Below the pieces are notes generated by a model that ran no database searches, was not told the DNA's origin, and was given only the letters and a program-made list of their open reading frames with translations. Below, one piece after another: positions 11,238-20,578 of a stretch of 64,000 nucleotides of DNA. The translations under genes and the position numbers were made by a program. Within the stretch, counting starts at the first letter, position 1; each line of letters begins with the position of its first letter. Source of the DNA: a virus. The stretch is from the IMG/VR virus record IMGVR_UViG_3300045988_122072, positions 1 to 64,000 of that record; one strand, written 5' to 3'.

Positions 11238-12767
11238 TTAGACAGTTGGTGTACTAATTACAGTACTAGCACTACCGCAGTCGAAAATAATATAATCAGT
11301 CTGCTCTAGAGCTTCAATCTTATGATTGTGATCTAACTTAGAATAAACGGTATCGTGGTTGTGACCAGCGGCTGCAAACTCAGAAGCGTTATGAGTTAGA
11401 AGGTCGCCAGTAACCTCGGAAGCGTCTAGCTTACCATTAATCTTGGTTGCAAGGGCATCTGCAAGATCAGTCTCGGCAACCTTATCCTTGTTAGCAAGCG
11501 CACCAGTAGGAACGGTAACGTCAACTGCCTTATCAGCAGGAGTTAGTGCAACACCATTAACCTTGACAGTCTCAATTACGTTGACCTGTGCGCCATCAGC
11601 AATACCTTCTAGCTTGGTCTTCTCATCAGTGGTATAGTCATTGGTAGATAGGCCCTTACCTTCTACCTTGTCAACCTTCTTGTCAATGTTACCCTGAAGA
11701 GTAGCCTGTGCTGCCTCAACAGCATCCTTAACAGTCTTCGCTACAGAACCAGCTTCATTATCTTTGCCGTTTAAAGTAGCAATAGCGGTCTTATTAGCCT
11801 GAACTTCACCAGACAGAGTGCTATATTCACCTTGGTGAGAAGCGGCATAATCAATTAGTTCCTTAAAGGTATTGACAGTTTGATCATCGCTAACTTTAGT
11901 GGCAAACTCATTAATAGCATCTGCTACCTTCTTGTCAACAGAACCTTCAACTGCAGAAGTGCCATTTAGCTTAGTAATAGCATCAGCATTGGCCTTGATA
12001 CCGGCCTTAACATCGGCATCATTATAAGTTGCAGCAGCCTGAGCATCGGAAATCATTTCGACAACAGTCTTGTTTTCTGGGACTGTGCCCACCTTACCAG
12101 AAAGAGCATTTACTGCAGCCTGAGCATCAGTACCAGCTTTCTTGGCGGCTGCAATAGCAGAATCCTTACCATCAGCATAAGCCTTAGCGTTGTCTTCTGC
12201 GGTCTGAGCGGCACCATTAGCGTCATAAGCGGTAGACTCAGTATAAGCAGCAGAACCTAGGCCCTTAACAGCTACATCCTCGCCATTAAACTTAACAGTA
12301 CCATTAGCAGTACCAGTGGCTAGAGTATAGACAGTCTCTGGAATAGTGATAGTGCTTACAGGTTGAGCACCCCATTCACCATTAAGAGACTTGGAATACA
12401 GATAAAACTTTCTGCCATTTTCAGCATCAGCTTCAATTTTATATTGAGTGTCAGTATCCTGTATCTCCCCAGAGATATAATCCGCTAGACCCTTAATTTC
12501 AGATGCCTGATATTCTGGCTTAGTAGAAGCCTTTGCCCAGCTGTATACATCTGCAGAAAGTCCAGAAATCCAGTCAAGCTCATTAAATGTCTTAGCGCCA
12601 TCGCCGCACTTCATTAGTACGGTTGGTTCATTGGTTGCCTGATTACTATCAGCAGGAACAACGCAAATTGCTAATTCTCCTGCAAGAAGAACAGGATTCT
12701 TAGTATGCCAATTTGTATAAGTATCGTACTTGAGTTTTAAACGTACATTAAAAGTTTTATTGGCCAT
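11238..12767 (-). CDS. Tail fibre protein (HylP/Mtd_N-like N-terminus)
   Basis: 509 aa. N-terminus MANKTFNVRLKLKYDTYTNW..LLAGELAI..KCGDG..F.ELDW. Fibre motif KGLSTNDYTTDEKTKLEGI. AAGGAG SD. Confidence 0.75.
   Translation of the reverse strand: MANKTFNVRLKLKYDTYTNWHTKNPVLLAGELAICVVPADSNQATNEPTVLMKCGDGAKTFNELDWISGLSADVYSWAKASTKPEYQASEIKGLADYISGEIQDTDTQYKIEADAENGRKFYLYSKSLNGEWGAQPVSTITIPETVYTLATGTANGTVKFNGEDVAVKGLGSAAYTESTAYDANGAAQTAEDNAKAYADGKDSAIAAAKKAGTDAQAAVNALSGKVGTVPENKTVVEMISDAQAAATYNDADVKAGIKANADAITKLNGTSAVEGSVDKKVADAINEFATKVSDDQTVNTFKELIDYAASHQGEYSTLSGEVQANKTAIATLNGKDNEAGSVAKTVKDAVEAAQATLQGNIDKKVDKVEGKGLSTNDYTTDEKTKLEGIADGAQVNVIETVKVNGVALTPADKAVDVTVPTGALANKDKVAETDLADALATKINGKLDASEVTGDLLTHNASEFAAAGHNHDTVYSKLDHNHKIEALEQTDYIIFDCGSASTVISTPTV
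11715..12089. repeat. Fibre shaft module, copy 1 (shared with 13109-13477)
   Basis: Encodes GTVPENKTVVEMISDAQAAATYNDADVK..DKKVADAINEFATKVSDDQTVNTFKELIDYAASHQGEYSTLSGEVQANKTAIATLNG. It is close to the 800-aa protein segment at both protein and DNA level. Confidence 0.8.
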
Positions 12768-12802
12768 TTATATCATTCTCCTTTAAATTGTAATAATAAT
12801 AG

Positions 12803-15205
12803 TTAAGCATTACCGCCATTCATGACAAGTTCAACGCCATCCTCAACAAAGACCTTACTAATGCCAACAGCCTTAACGCTAAGAACGCCATCAGTTGCCT
12901 CAATTGTAGAGCCATCTGCCTGTGCAAGACCAAGCGCTTCAGAAGTAGCGGCTGGAATAGCAATATTTACGCTCTTGTCGGCAGCAATGTCAATAGCAGT
13001 GCCATTTAGCTTAATAGACTCAATAACGTTAGCTTGAGCTGCATCCCACTGCGCAATCTTACCATCGGTAACTTTACCTTCAAGAGTAGAAATACGAACA
13101 ATTACTGGCTCGACGGCATCTTCAACAGTCTTAGCAACAGAACCAGCGCCAGTACCATTGAGTGTAGCAATAGCGGTAGTATTCTTCTGAACCTCACCAG
13201 AAAGAGTACTATATTCGCCTTTGTGAGCAGCGGCATAATCAATTAACTCCTTAAAGGTGTTAACAGTCTGGTCGTCGCTAACCTTAGTCGCAAAGTCATT
13301 AATAGCATCCGCTACTTTCTTATCAACAGAACCGTCAACATTAGAGTCGCCATTTAAAGTATCAATTGCACTCTTGTTGGACTGGATAGAGGCTTTAACT
13401 TCGGCATCGTCATAAGTGGCAGCAGTCTTAGCATCAGCGATCATTTCAACAATGGTCTTACCCTCAGTAACAGTACCGATCTTGGTATTGATGCCAGAGA
13501 TAGCAGTTGCATTCTCAGAAATTAGACCAGCAGCAGTCTTACCATCAGCAATGGTGCCAACCTTGCCACTTAGTGCATCAACTGCATTCTGAGCGGCAAC
13601 GGCCTTGCCGTCTGCGGTAGCAGCAGCCTCATAGGCGCCCTTAACGGTGCCGGAGTAATCAACGCCATCGGTCTGACCGAGAATTGCACTCTTTATGGCG
13701 GCATCCTTGCTAGAGGCATCGTTAATAGCTTCGGTCTTAGCGGTAGAAATTGCAGTGCTAACCTTATCAACATCAACCTTACCTTCAAGTACAGTAACTC
13801 TGGCAGATACACCAGCGTCACCAGTAACTAGACCATCAGCATAAGCCTTTGCATCGGTTAAAGCAGAAGTTGCCTTCTCGTCTGCATACTTCTTAGCGCC
13901 CTTGATAGTGTCAACAGTAGACTTGTCTTCGGCAGTGCCAACGAGAGTATTCTTCGCATCGCCAATATCAGACATAGTCGCAGCCTTATTGGTAGATGCG
14001 TCATAATTAGTTTCGAAAACTAGGTTGTCTTGCTTGCCGCTAAGAGCGGTAACAAGACCATTAACCTGATCCTTCTCAATAGTAGGAATGTCTTCCTTGG
14101 TAAGAGCAGCAAGACCAGTGACTAGACCGTTGCTATCAACGGTAACTTTAATACCAGTGCCAGCCTGAGTTGCAGCGTTCTTTGGAACTGCCTTATCAGC
14201 AGTAGCCTTTACTGCGGTAATAGCATCAGAATTCGTAGTGTCTGCCTCTTCAAGAGCTGCAATCTTAGTGTTATAAGCACTCTGATCGACATAATTACCA
14301 GCGTCCTGCTTTGCATCCCAAGCCTCAATCTGCTTGGCAGTAATGCCAGCAGCAGGCTTCTTCTCAAGAGTGTCCACACGACCAGCAAGAGCAGTCAGAT
14401 CAGCAGCCTTAGCATAGTCACCGATTTGTAGTGCATTAATAGCGTCAGTTACATAGGCAACAACAGTAGCCTTCTCGCCTTCACCGCCAATGCCAGCAAC
14501 AATAGCCTGAAGCTTAGTAACCGCAGCAGAAAGGTCTGCAGCTTCGGTGCCATGAGTGCTAATCCACTCGGCAATTTCCTTTAGTGTGTCAAAGGAAGTG
14601 TCGGCTCCATCGACAATCTTGGCGACTTCCTCGGAAGCAATAGTGCGGACAGACTTAGTGGTGTCTTCACCCTGAAGAGTGGAGATAGCAGTCTCGTTAG
14701 CCTTAATACGTGCACGCAAACCGTTTTCATCATCTGCACCGACGGTGGTTTTAAGAGCATTCACATCAGATTGAGCGGCTTCTGCAGTAGTCTGAGCGTT
14801 GGCAGCATTAGTTACGCCCTTATCTGCTTGTGCCTGAGCGGTAGCAATTAAAGCGTATAAACCAGTTGCGGCGGTCTCACCCTGAGCGGCAGAGCCTACT
14901 TTATCAACAAGACTATCTACTTTTCCTTGTAGTGTAGCAACATCGGACGCAAGGTCTCCAGAAGCGGTTGTTTGAGCGAGTTTCACTAGAGTGCCTGCCT
15001 CACTAGAAATCATGTAAGCTTCGCACTTACCATCTTCGACAAGAGCTAAAACCTGTCCGACATAAGCAGTAGCGCCAGACTGAGCATAAGTTTCAAGTTC
15101 AGTTTTGCTATACCATACAGCAGTGGTGTCAAGAGGGATTGGATTACCACGCTTGATATTCATTGGTAGCGCCATATAGGCAGCATCATTTAAAATTGTA
15201 GCCAT
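12803..15205 (-). CDS. Ala/Thr-rich coiled-coil fibre shaft protein
   Basis: 800 aa; GGAGG SD; long low-complexity A/T/K/D-rich heptad-like sequence; contains FDTLKEIAEWIS and GIKVTVDSNGLVTGLAALTKEDIPTI fibre motifs. Confidence 0.65.
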   Translation of the reverse strand: MATILNDAAYMALPMNIKRGNPIPLDTTAVWYSKTELETYAQSGATAYVGQVLALVEDGKCEAYMISSEAGTLVKLAQTTASGDLASDVATLQGKVDSLVDKVGSAAQGETAATGLYALIATAQAQADKGVTNAANAQTTAEAAQSDVNALKTTVGADDENGLRARIKANETAISTLQGEDTTKSVRTIASEEVAKIVDGADTSFDTLKEIAEWISTHGTEAADLSAAVTKLQAIVAGIGGEGEKATVVAYVTDAINALQIGDYAKAADLTALAGRVDTLEKKPAAGITAKQIEAWDAKQDAGNYVDQSAYNTKIAALEEADTTNSDAITAVKATADKAVPKNAATQAGTGIKVTVDSNGLVTGLAALTKEDIPTIEKDQVNGLVTALSGKQDNLVFETNYDASTNKAATMSDIGDAKNTLVGTAEDKSTVDTIKGAKKYADEKATSALTDAKAYADGLVTGDAGVSARVTVLEGKVDVDKVSTAISTAKTEAINDASSKDAAIKSAILGQTDGVDYSGTVKGAYEAAATADGKAVAAQNAVDALSGKVGTIADGKTAAGLISENATAISGINTKIGTVTEGKTIVEMIADAKTAATYDDAEVKASIQSNKSAIDTLNGDSNVDGSVDKKVADAINDFATKVSDDQTVNTFKELIDYAAAHKGEYSTLSGEVQKNTTAIATLNGTGAGSVAKTVEDAVEPVIVRISTLEGKVTDGKIAQWDAAQANVIESIKLNGTAIDIAADKSVNIAIPAATSEALGLAQADGSTIEATDGVLSVKAVGISKVFVEDGVELVMNGGNA
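13109..13477. repeat. Fibre shaft module, copy 2 (shared with 11715-12089)
   Basis: Encodes GTVTEGKTIVEMIADAKTAATYDDAEVK..DKKVADAINDFATKVSDDQTVNTFKELIDYAAAHKGEYSTLSGEVQKNTTAIATLNG. Confidence 0.8.
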
Positions 15206-15231
15206 ATTATATATCCTCCTTCTTCAATTGA

Positions 15232-16530
15232 TTAACCTAACGTAATTGTATAAGTTTCGGTAGAGTCAATACTAGCAGGCTGATATACCCAAACCTTGTA
15301 AGCCTTCATAAAATCAGTGCCATTCGCACCTGCGACATTAACAGTACTAGGTTGCTTGACGAAGCTTGCTGTTGCGTCAGCATTCATTGCGCTAGGCATG
15401 AGAACCTTAGTTACGTTAATTGCACTATCATTAGGAATTGCAACAATAACACGGGTAGCTCCTGTCTTGCTGGAAGCCGCAATAGTTCCAAGTGTCTTCT
15501 TGGCAGCAGCGCCACCCTTAGTAAGACTACGAATCAGAGCAGAATCAATAGGATCAGTACCATTATCAACGCCATAGAAGAAATTACGGAATGGAGTATA
15601 GATAGCAACAACGGTTTTTCCCTTGCTGCCAGCAGCGATACCAGCAACTGTGGCAGTACCACCAAGGTTATCTTTAGGGGTAGCGCCAGCATCATAAGTA
15701 GCAGTAGCGGAGAAATTGACTGTTACAGCAGTTTCGCCAAGAGTAAAATTATAACTATAAGGAGTACTAGCGGTATCACCTGTAGCAATATTTTCGCCAC
15801 CGCTATACTTAACACTCGTTGCCCAAGTCTTAGCGGTAATTCCTGTTGCCGGGCCATAAGTATAAGAACCAGCATTTAGAGTGGAAGTCATTGTTCCGAT
15901 CTTAGAAACAGCAGTACCAACTTCAAGGTTCTGGCCTGTCTGAGTGCCGCCGAGAGAAACAGAAGGCTGTGTTACGGTGGGCTGAGCCTTTTTAGCAAGA
16001 ATAGAAGCAAGAACTTCTTTTACATTCTTACCTGCCGCTGGAAGGGTTGCAGAGCCAGTAGAACCAACCGCAGGAAGCTCACCAATCTGCTTAGTATAAG
16101 TTAGATCTTCGTTAAAATAAACATTTTCAGCATTGTAGTTGCCATCCATCGCGCCCCAAGCAGTGCCATTATAAACATAACCAGTATAAGACTGCTTATC
16201 TCCGCCAAATGTGCGTTTTACAACAGTAATATCACCCTTTGAAGGAGCGGTAATGACACGAGCAATTGCCTGTGCGTCGGTCTCGCCATCGTTGGGAACA
16301 ACTTCGGTAAAATTATCTTCAGCGGCGGCAATAAGGGAATTGATTTGAGTTTCGTCTGCACCGGCATAACCAAGCTCATCCCATGCAGTAACGCCGTCGC
16401 CAATCTTAAACTTGTTAGTATCATTTTCGACACCAAATTCACCCTTGGCTAGAATTGGCTTTTTAGTGCTCCAATTCTCAGCGGTGTCGTTTCGCATAAT
16501 AATTGTCGTTTTTAGTGTTTTAGTACCCAT
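15232..16530 (-). CDS. Tail fibre protein (HylP/Mtd_N-like N-terminus)
   Basis: 432 aa. RNDTAENW..ILAKGEFGVENDTNKFKIGDGVTAWDELGY. GGAGG SD. Confidence 0.7.
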   Translation of the reverse strand: MGTKTLKTTIIMRNDTAENWSTKKPILAKGEFGVENDTNKFKIGDGVTAWDELGYAGADETQINSLIAAAEDNFTEVVPNDGETDAQAIARVITAPSKGDITVVKRTFGGDKQSYTGYVYNGTAWGAMDGNYNAENVYFNEDLTYTKQIGELPAVGSTGSATLPAAGKNVKEVLASILAKKAQPTVTQPSVSLGGTQTGQNLEVGTAVSKIGTMTSTLNAGSYTYGPATGITAKTWATSVKYSGGENIATGDTASTPYSYNFTLGETAVTVNFSATATYDAGATPKDNLGGTATVAGIAAGSKGKTVVAIYTPFRNFFYGVDNGTDPIDSALIRSLTKGGAAAKKTLGTIAASSKTGATRVIVAIPNDSAINVTKVLMPSAMNADATASFVKQPSTVNVAGANGTDFMKAYKVWVYQPASIDSTETYTITLG

Positions 16531-16553
16531 ATAGATAAAACCTCCTTAAAAAA

Positions 16554-18158
16554 TTAAGCTCCACCACCAGAAAGAATAATTTCATCATCTTCTGATTGCA
16601 GAATTTTATCAAAAGTCAATGAATTGACCTCAAGTGTCCCATCTTCAGCAATAGAAACTTTATTAGCTTCAGAAGAAGACTTAATTAACTCCGAAGCAGT
16701 AATAGTAACCGCTCCAGTTTTACCGTTTACAGACTCTACGCCAGATAAACCTGAACCACTAGGTATATCAACAGCCTCCCATTCGGTAGGGTTGCCGTCT
16801 GCATCAATGGTTTTGATTTTAACAATTTGTCCAGTAGTTGCACCAGTAATATTTAATGGATTCTTTGCCTCGGCCTTCGTCATATACTTGTCAGCAACGC
16901 TCTGCTCCGTCATATAGCCCTTAGCATCAAGTTCACTATCAGTTACATACTCATCTGGAATTTCAGTAATAAACCTACTCACATCTGGGATATCTTCAGT
17001 TTTAGCATAAGAAGCAAGGGCATTACTTACATAATCCTTTGTAGTATAATTCTCTAGACTTTGATGTTCTGTTAAAAACCCACTATCATTAGTTAGCTGA
17101 CTTGTCTTGGTAGGAAGGTCTGCCTTTTGTGCATACTTTGCCATGTAATAAGGTTCTTCAAAACTATGGCAATCTTCATTAGATAGATTAATTCTAATAA
17201 TATCCGAACCAATTAGATTTTTCCCATCATCATACCAATTAGCATGCCAATACCATCCAATGAATTTTCCTGCTAAAGAACTTTTACCAAAATATGTCCA
17301 TGTATCATTATCTAGCGTTGCAATTGGGAGCCATACAAGGCTATATTTACATCCATGCTCGTCAATGCCAGAGAACTCGTAATTTTCAAATTCATAATAT
17401 GTATCATCTGTGATATCTTTGTCCAAAGATTCTCTAAAATATTTTGCATTTGATGGGGCAAATAACTTTACGCTCATATAGTATTGATTATCTCTATTGG
17501 CAGTCCATTCAGTATCGCTTGGAACCATAACACGAACTTCATCTTGATAATAATTAACTAAAGTTCCAGTTGGCACATTGCCAATCTCAACTTTATTACG
17601 AACTGCACGATGGTCAAGAACGTCAATTAATGGACTCTTCTTATTTAAAGCCTCAATATCACTAGCCATTTTTGCAGCGCCAGTCTTATCATTCTTAATC
17701 CAATCAGAAACTTCTTTTAATGTATCAAAGTCTTCAGGCGCACCATTAATAACTTGTGCAATAGCATCTGCAACAGTTTCTTTGACAGAGCCATCTCCAT
17801 CTCCAGTTAACGCAGCAATCGCTGCCTCATTATCGCTTATCCGCTTCTTTAATGCAGAATCATCATATTCAGGCCCACCGCTTGTAGCAGCTTCTTTTAT
17901 TAATTGAATAATAGTTTTATCGTCTGGTATTGTGCCAATTTTATCCTTAAGTTCATTAAATTCTTTTGCAACCTGAGCAGCATCATTTGCATAAGGCAGC
18001 GCACTAAAAACATCTGTGCCATTACCAATTTTAAACAAGCCGGTGTCATTTTCGACAGCAAATTCGCCAGCCAATAAAACAAGAGTAGAATTTTTCCAAT
18101 TTTCCGAAGTGTCATTCTTAAGCTGAATGCGCACATTATTAAAACTTGACTTAGCCAT
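16554..18158 (-). CDS. Tail fibre protein (HylP/Mtd_N-like N-terminus)
   Basis: The ORF track starts at GTG 18167. ATG 18158 lies 8 nt after GGAGG. KNDTSENW..LLAGEFAVENDTGLFKIGNG..LPY. Also FDTLKEVSDWIKND. Confidence 0.7.
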   Translation of the reverse strand: MAKSSFNNVRIQLKNDTSENWKNSTLVLLAGEFAVENDTGLFKIGNGTDVFSALPYANDAAQVAKEFNELKDKIGTIPDDKTIIQLIKEAATSGGPEYDDSALKKRISDNEAAIAALTGDGDGSVKETVADAIAQVINGAPEDFDTLKEVSDWIKNDKTGAAKMASDIEALNKKSPLIDVLDHRAVRNKVEIGNVPTGTLVNYYQDEVRVMVPSDTEWTANRDNQYYMSVKLFAPSNAKYFRESLDKDITDDTYYEFENYEFSGIDEHGCKYSLVWLPIATLDNDTWTYFGKSSLAGKFIGWYWHANWYDDGKNLIGSDIIRINLSNEDCHSFEEPYYMAKYAQKADLPTKTSQLTNDSGFLTEHQSLENYTTKDYVSNALASYAKTEDIPDVSRFITEIPDEYVTDSELDAKGYMTEQSVADKYMTKAEAKNPLNITGATTGQIVKIKTIDADGNPTEWEAVDIPSGSGLSGVESVNGKTGAVTITASELIKSSSEANKVSIAEDGTLEVNSLTFDKILQSEDDEIILSGGGA

Positions 18159-18702
18159 TGCTGTCACCTCCGCTTATTAGTGTTATGTCTATATCTTCAC
18201 AAGTACAACTAATTATATTGTCTTCGCTAATTTTAATTCCATCACCAGCAATAAGTTTATCCTGTTTTTTATCAATTAGAGCAAGTATTTCCGCATTGCC
18301 ACCGGGAGTAGCATCACTCGGGGTAGAACCAATGCAATAACAACCTCTATCGCATTTAAATGCCAGCATATTTGAAACAATACGATTATTATTTTCATAT
18401 ACACCAAATACACCTACTAAAAATTCTCCTTGCCCAGTCATTACTTCTGCCGGGACATAACATTCTCCTTGCTCATTTAACTCGATAATTACTTTCTTCT
18501 CTTCGTTATGTTTTACATAATCACTCATGCTCTGAAAAACTGCCATCTTTTGGATGCCAGCCCAATCGGTGGATTTGAACTCAAATCTGCACATTAAAGT
18601 ATTAATAATTCCGCTTGTACCAACTGCGCTCCTCACTACAGACAATTTATTATGTCGAGCACTAATTATAATGGTTGCAAAAGTAGTTTCGATGTTTGAC
18701 AT
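18151..18702 (-). CDS. Hypothetical structural-module protein
   Basis: 183 aa; GGAGG SD; 8-nt overlap with the downstream fibre gene. Confidence 0.7.
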   Translation of the reverse strand: MSNIETTFATIIISARHNKLSVVRSAVGTSGIINTLMCRFEFKSTDWAGIQKMAVFQSMSDYVKHNEEKKVIIELNEQGECYVPAEVMTGQGEFLVGVFGVYENNNRIVSNMLAFKCDRGCYCIGSTPSDATPGGNAEILALIDKKQDKLIAGDGIKISEDNIISCTCEDIDITLISGGDSNG

Positions 18703-18727
18703 TCAACCACCTCCTTAAAATAAAGAA

Positions 18728-18946
18728 TTATGGTCTGCGTTTCTTCCATTCCTCATAAAGACTTCTTGTTAGTGTATTTCTTTCAAACACAAAAACAAGC
18801 TGATTAGTACGAGTACCACAGCTTAGAATATCAAGAAGTTCCGCGTTATTTTGTAAATACATTTGAACTTGAGGGACACATGTAATATACACGCATTTAT
18901 CTGAATCATATAACAGACCAGGAATAATATTAGATTTTGCTTGCAT
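18728..18946 (-). CDS. Small hypothetical protein
   Basis: ORF track 18728-18952. The second ATG has better spacing to AAGGAG. The pattern ..LVFVFERN.. resembles small phage proteins such as 35496-35723. Confidence 0.55.
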   Translation of the reverse strand: MQAKSNIIPGLLYDSDKCVYITCVPQVQMYLQNNAELLDILSCGTRTNQLVFVFERNTLTRSLYEEWKKRRP

Positions 18947-18968
18947 TTTCATTTCTCCTTTTTGTCCT

Positions 18969-19010
18969 AAAAAAATAAGGTGCTACGCTTTACATGAAGC
19001 TTAACACCTT
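18969..19010 (-). terminator. Rho-independent terminator (imperfect stem)
   Basis: Minus strand: AAGGUG..(inner AAGCUU/AAGC pairing)..CACCUU followed by AUUUUUUU, after the stop of 19053-19352. Confidence 0.5.
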
Positions 19011-19052
19011 AATATTGTATTTAATTGTAAAACTACTTCATGTGATTGCAGA

Positions 19053-19352
19053 TTATTCTGCCTTTTTGACAGGAAACTCAATCTTCTTTGGTTCCTGCAT
19101 AATGACGCCAAGATCGCGCTTGATGCATTTATTAAAATTCTTAGTATCAGAAATATCACAGGCGGATAGAAGCTCCTTTGCCTCTTCCTTAGTGATTAGC
19201 TCGAAATTGAAATTTGTACAAGTTTCAAAAATATCTTTGCAGTTATCGCTGCAGAATGAATTCATCCACAGTGGGAGGGCACGGTAGTCCCAACAGCTAC
19301 TGCAATATGAATAGGTCTTGCCACAGCACAGACATGTACGAGGATATCTCAT
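19053..19352 (-). CDS. Cys-rich (MYND/HIT-like) Zn-finger ORF. It is either an independent gene or exon 2 of the 255-aa upstream gene
   Basis: 99 aa, CLCCGKTYSYCSSC...FCSDNCKDIF. AAGGAG lies 9 nt upstream of the ATG. It is also in frame with a predicted intron 3' splice site at 19357/19356. Confidence 0.6.
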   Translation of the reverse strand: MRYPRTCLCCGKTYSYCSSCWDYRALPLWMNSFCSDNCKDIFETCTNFNFELITKEEAKELLSACDISDTKNFNKCIKRDLGVIMQEPKKIEFPVKKAE

Positions 19353-19358
19353 GAGACG

Positions 19359-20435
19359 TCACTCCTTTATGTTAGTTTTAGTTGTAAGAGATAATATTTT
19401 AGGATGTGTTTCAAAAATATCGATATTAGATTTATTTAAAATATATTCACGAAGTTGTTCTAGAGTATTATTGTGAGTACCATATAGGTTGTGGAAGGAG
19501 CCATCTTTTGTAGAATCGTGGCAATCCTTACATAATGTTATACCATTATCTACCGAATATCTGAGCTCATCATGTTCTGAAAACGAGTATACATGATGGG
19601 CATTTAGTCTACCACCAACTTTGCCACAACACTGGCATGTATAATTATCACGTTCGTATACTAGAGTACGCCAATTTTTATATTCACTACGATGTCGAAG
19701 AGTATCATTTTCTCCATTTATGCCGCCCTTCCAAAAATGATTGTTAGCGCCTCTACGCTCAATGCCAGCCCGTTCATTTTCGCATTTTCTGCATGTAAAA
19801 CCATAAATTGCTGCATTTGCTATCTTCTGAAGATAGTCTTCATGCACTTTATTTGGGCAAGTGAACCAGACCTTTTCTTCTGAATGCGGAGCGTATTCAT
19901 ATGGTGTTTTATCATTTTTCTCAGACCAACGGTCAAGAATTTCTGGATACTTAGCTCCAAGGCTATCTAATGGATGAACTTTTCTATTGATACAATAAGG
20001 GCATCCAATCCCATTAACAAAAGATCGTGGAGCTTGACCATAAACATGATACTCATGCTTTTGGCATTGAATAATAATTTCGCCACATATACGACCAGCG
20101 GGAACTTCCCATGGAGAAACATCATTACTACTATGCCAACGTGACCACAAATAATCTTCTCCATATTTATCAATGACTACTTGTGCAACACTATTGCATT
20201 TCCTACACTTTCCAGAAGAATGGCTTCTAGTTAAAACGGTAATATAAAATTCTTCGCTTTCATGAATACCGCGAGGACATTTAAACCAATATTTTTTATT
20301 ACTTTGATAACCCACATCTTTAGTAGTACACCCATTTTTATCAACATCAAATCTTTCATTCAAATCTAATCTATTGTTTTCTACACACCACTCATAAAAT
20401 GTTTTAGTAACACTAAACTGATTACCATATTCCAT
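19359..20435 (-). CDS. HNH homing endonuclease (intron A-encoded)
   Basis: C-terminal HNH motif CQCCGKVGGRLNAHHVYSF..NGITLCKDCHD. Repeated Zn-ribbon units (YWFKCPRGIHE, VWFTCPNKVHE). ATG 20435 lies 5 nt after GGAGG. Confidence 0.85.
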   Translation of the reverse strand: MEYGNQFSVTKTFYEWCVENNRLDLNERFDVDKNGCTTKDVGYQSNKKYWFKCPRGIHESEEFYITVLTRSHSSGKCRKCNSVAQVVIDKYGEDYLWSRWHSSNDVSPWEVPAGRICGEIIIQCQKHEYHVYGQAPRSFVNGIGCPYCINRKVHPLDSLGAKYPEILDRWSEKNDKTPYEYAPHSEEKVWFTCPNKVHEDYLQKIANAAIYGFTCRKCENERAGIERRGANNHFWKGGINGENDTLRHRSEYKNWRTLVYERDNYTCQCCGKVGGRLNAHHVYSFSEHDELRYSVDNGITLCKDCHDSTKDGSFHNLYGTHNNTLEQLREYILNKSNIDIFETHPKILSLTTKTNIKE

Positions 20436-20549
20436 AAATATTACCTCCATAATAACATCTCCACTTTTAAACATCGCAAGAAGGTAGGGTGTGGAGGCAC
20501 CCTACCTTGTCAAAAGAGCCAATTACCTCTCTTTCTATCTTGCGTTGAT

Positions 20550-20578
20550 ATTATATCACATTAATTTTGTTTTGTCAA
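20550..20578 (-). promoter_or_regulatory. Consensus sigma-70-type promoter inside intron A
   Basis: Minus strand TTGACA (20573-20578), 17 nt, TATAAT (20550-20555). The -35 is part of the palindrome TTGTCAAGGACTTGACAA (20572-20589). The spacer contains an ACAAAATTAA box (20561-20570). Confidence 0.65.

Noticed and set aside
12803-15205. The 800-aa Ala-rich coiled-coil protein as a tape measure protein
   Set aside because: It shares a 123-aa module and fibre motifs (FDTLKEI, TKEDI) with the neighbouring fibre genes. It sits inside the fibre block and lacks hydrophobic segments.
1-18167. A diversity-generating retroelement, suggested by the Mtd_N-like fibre N-termini
   Set aside because: No reverse transcriptase ORF and no template/variable repeat pair with adenine-specific differences was seen in the window. 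The only repeat (11715/13109) is an ordinary shared module.
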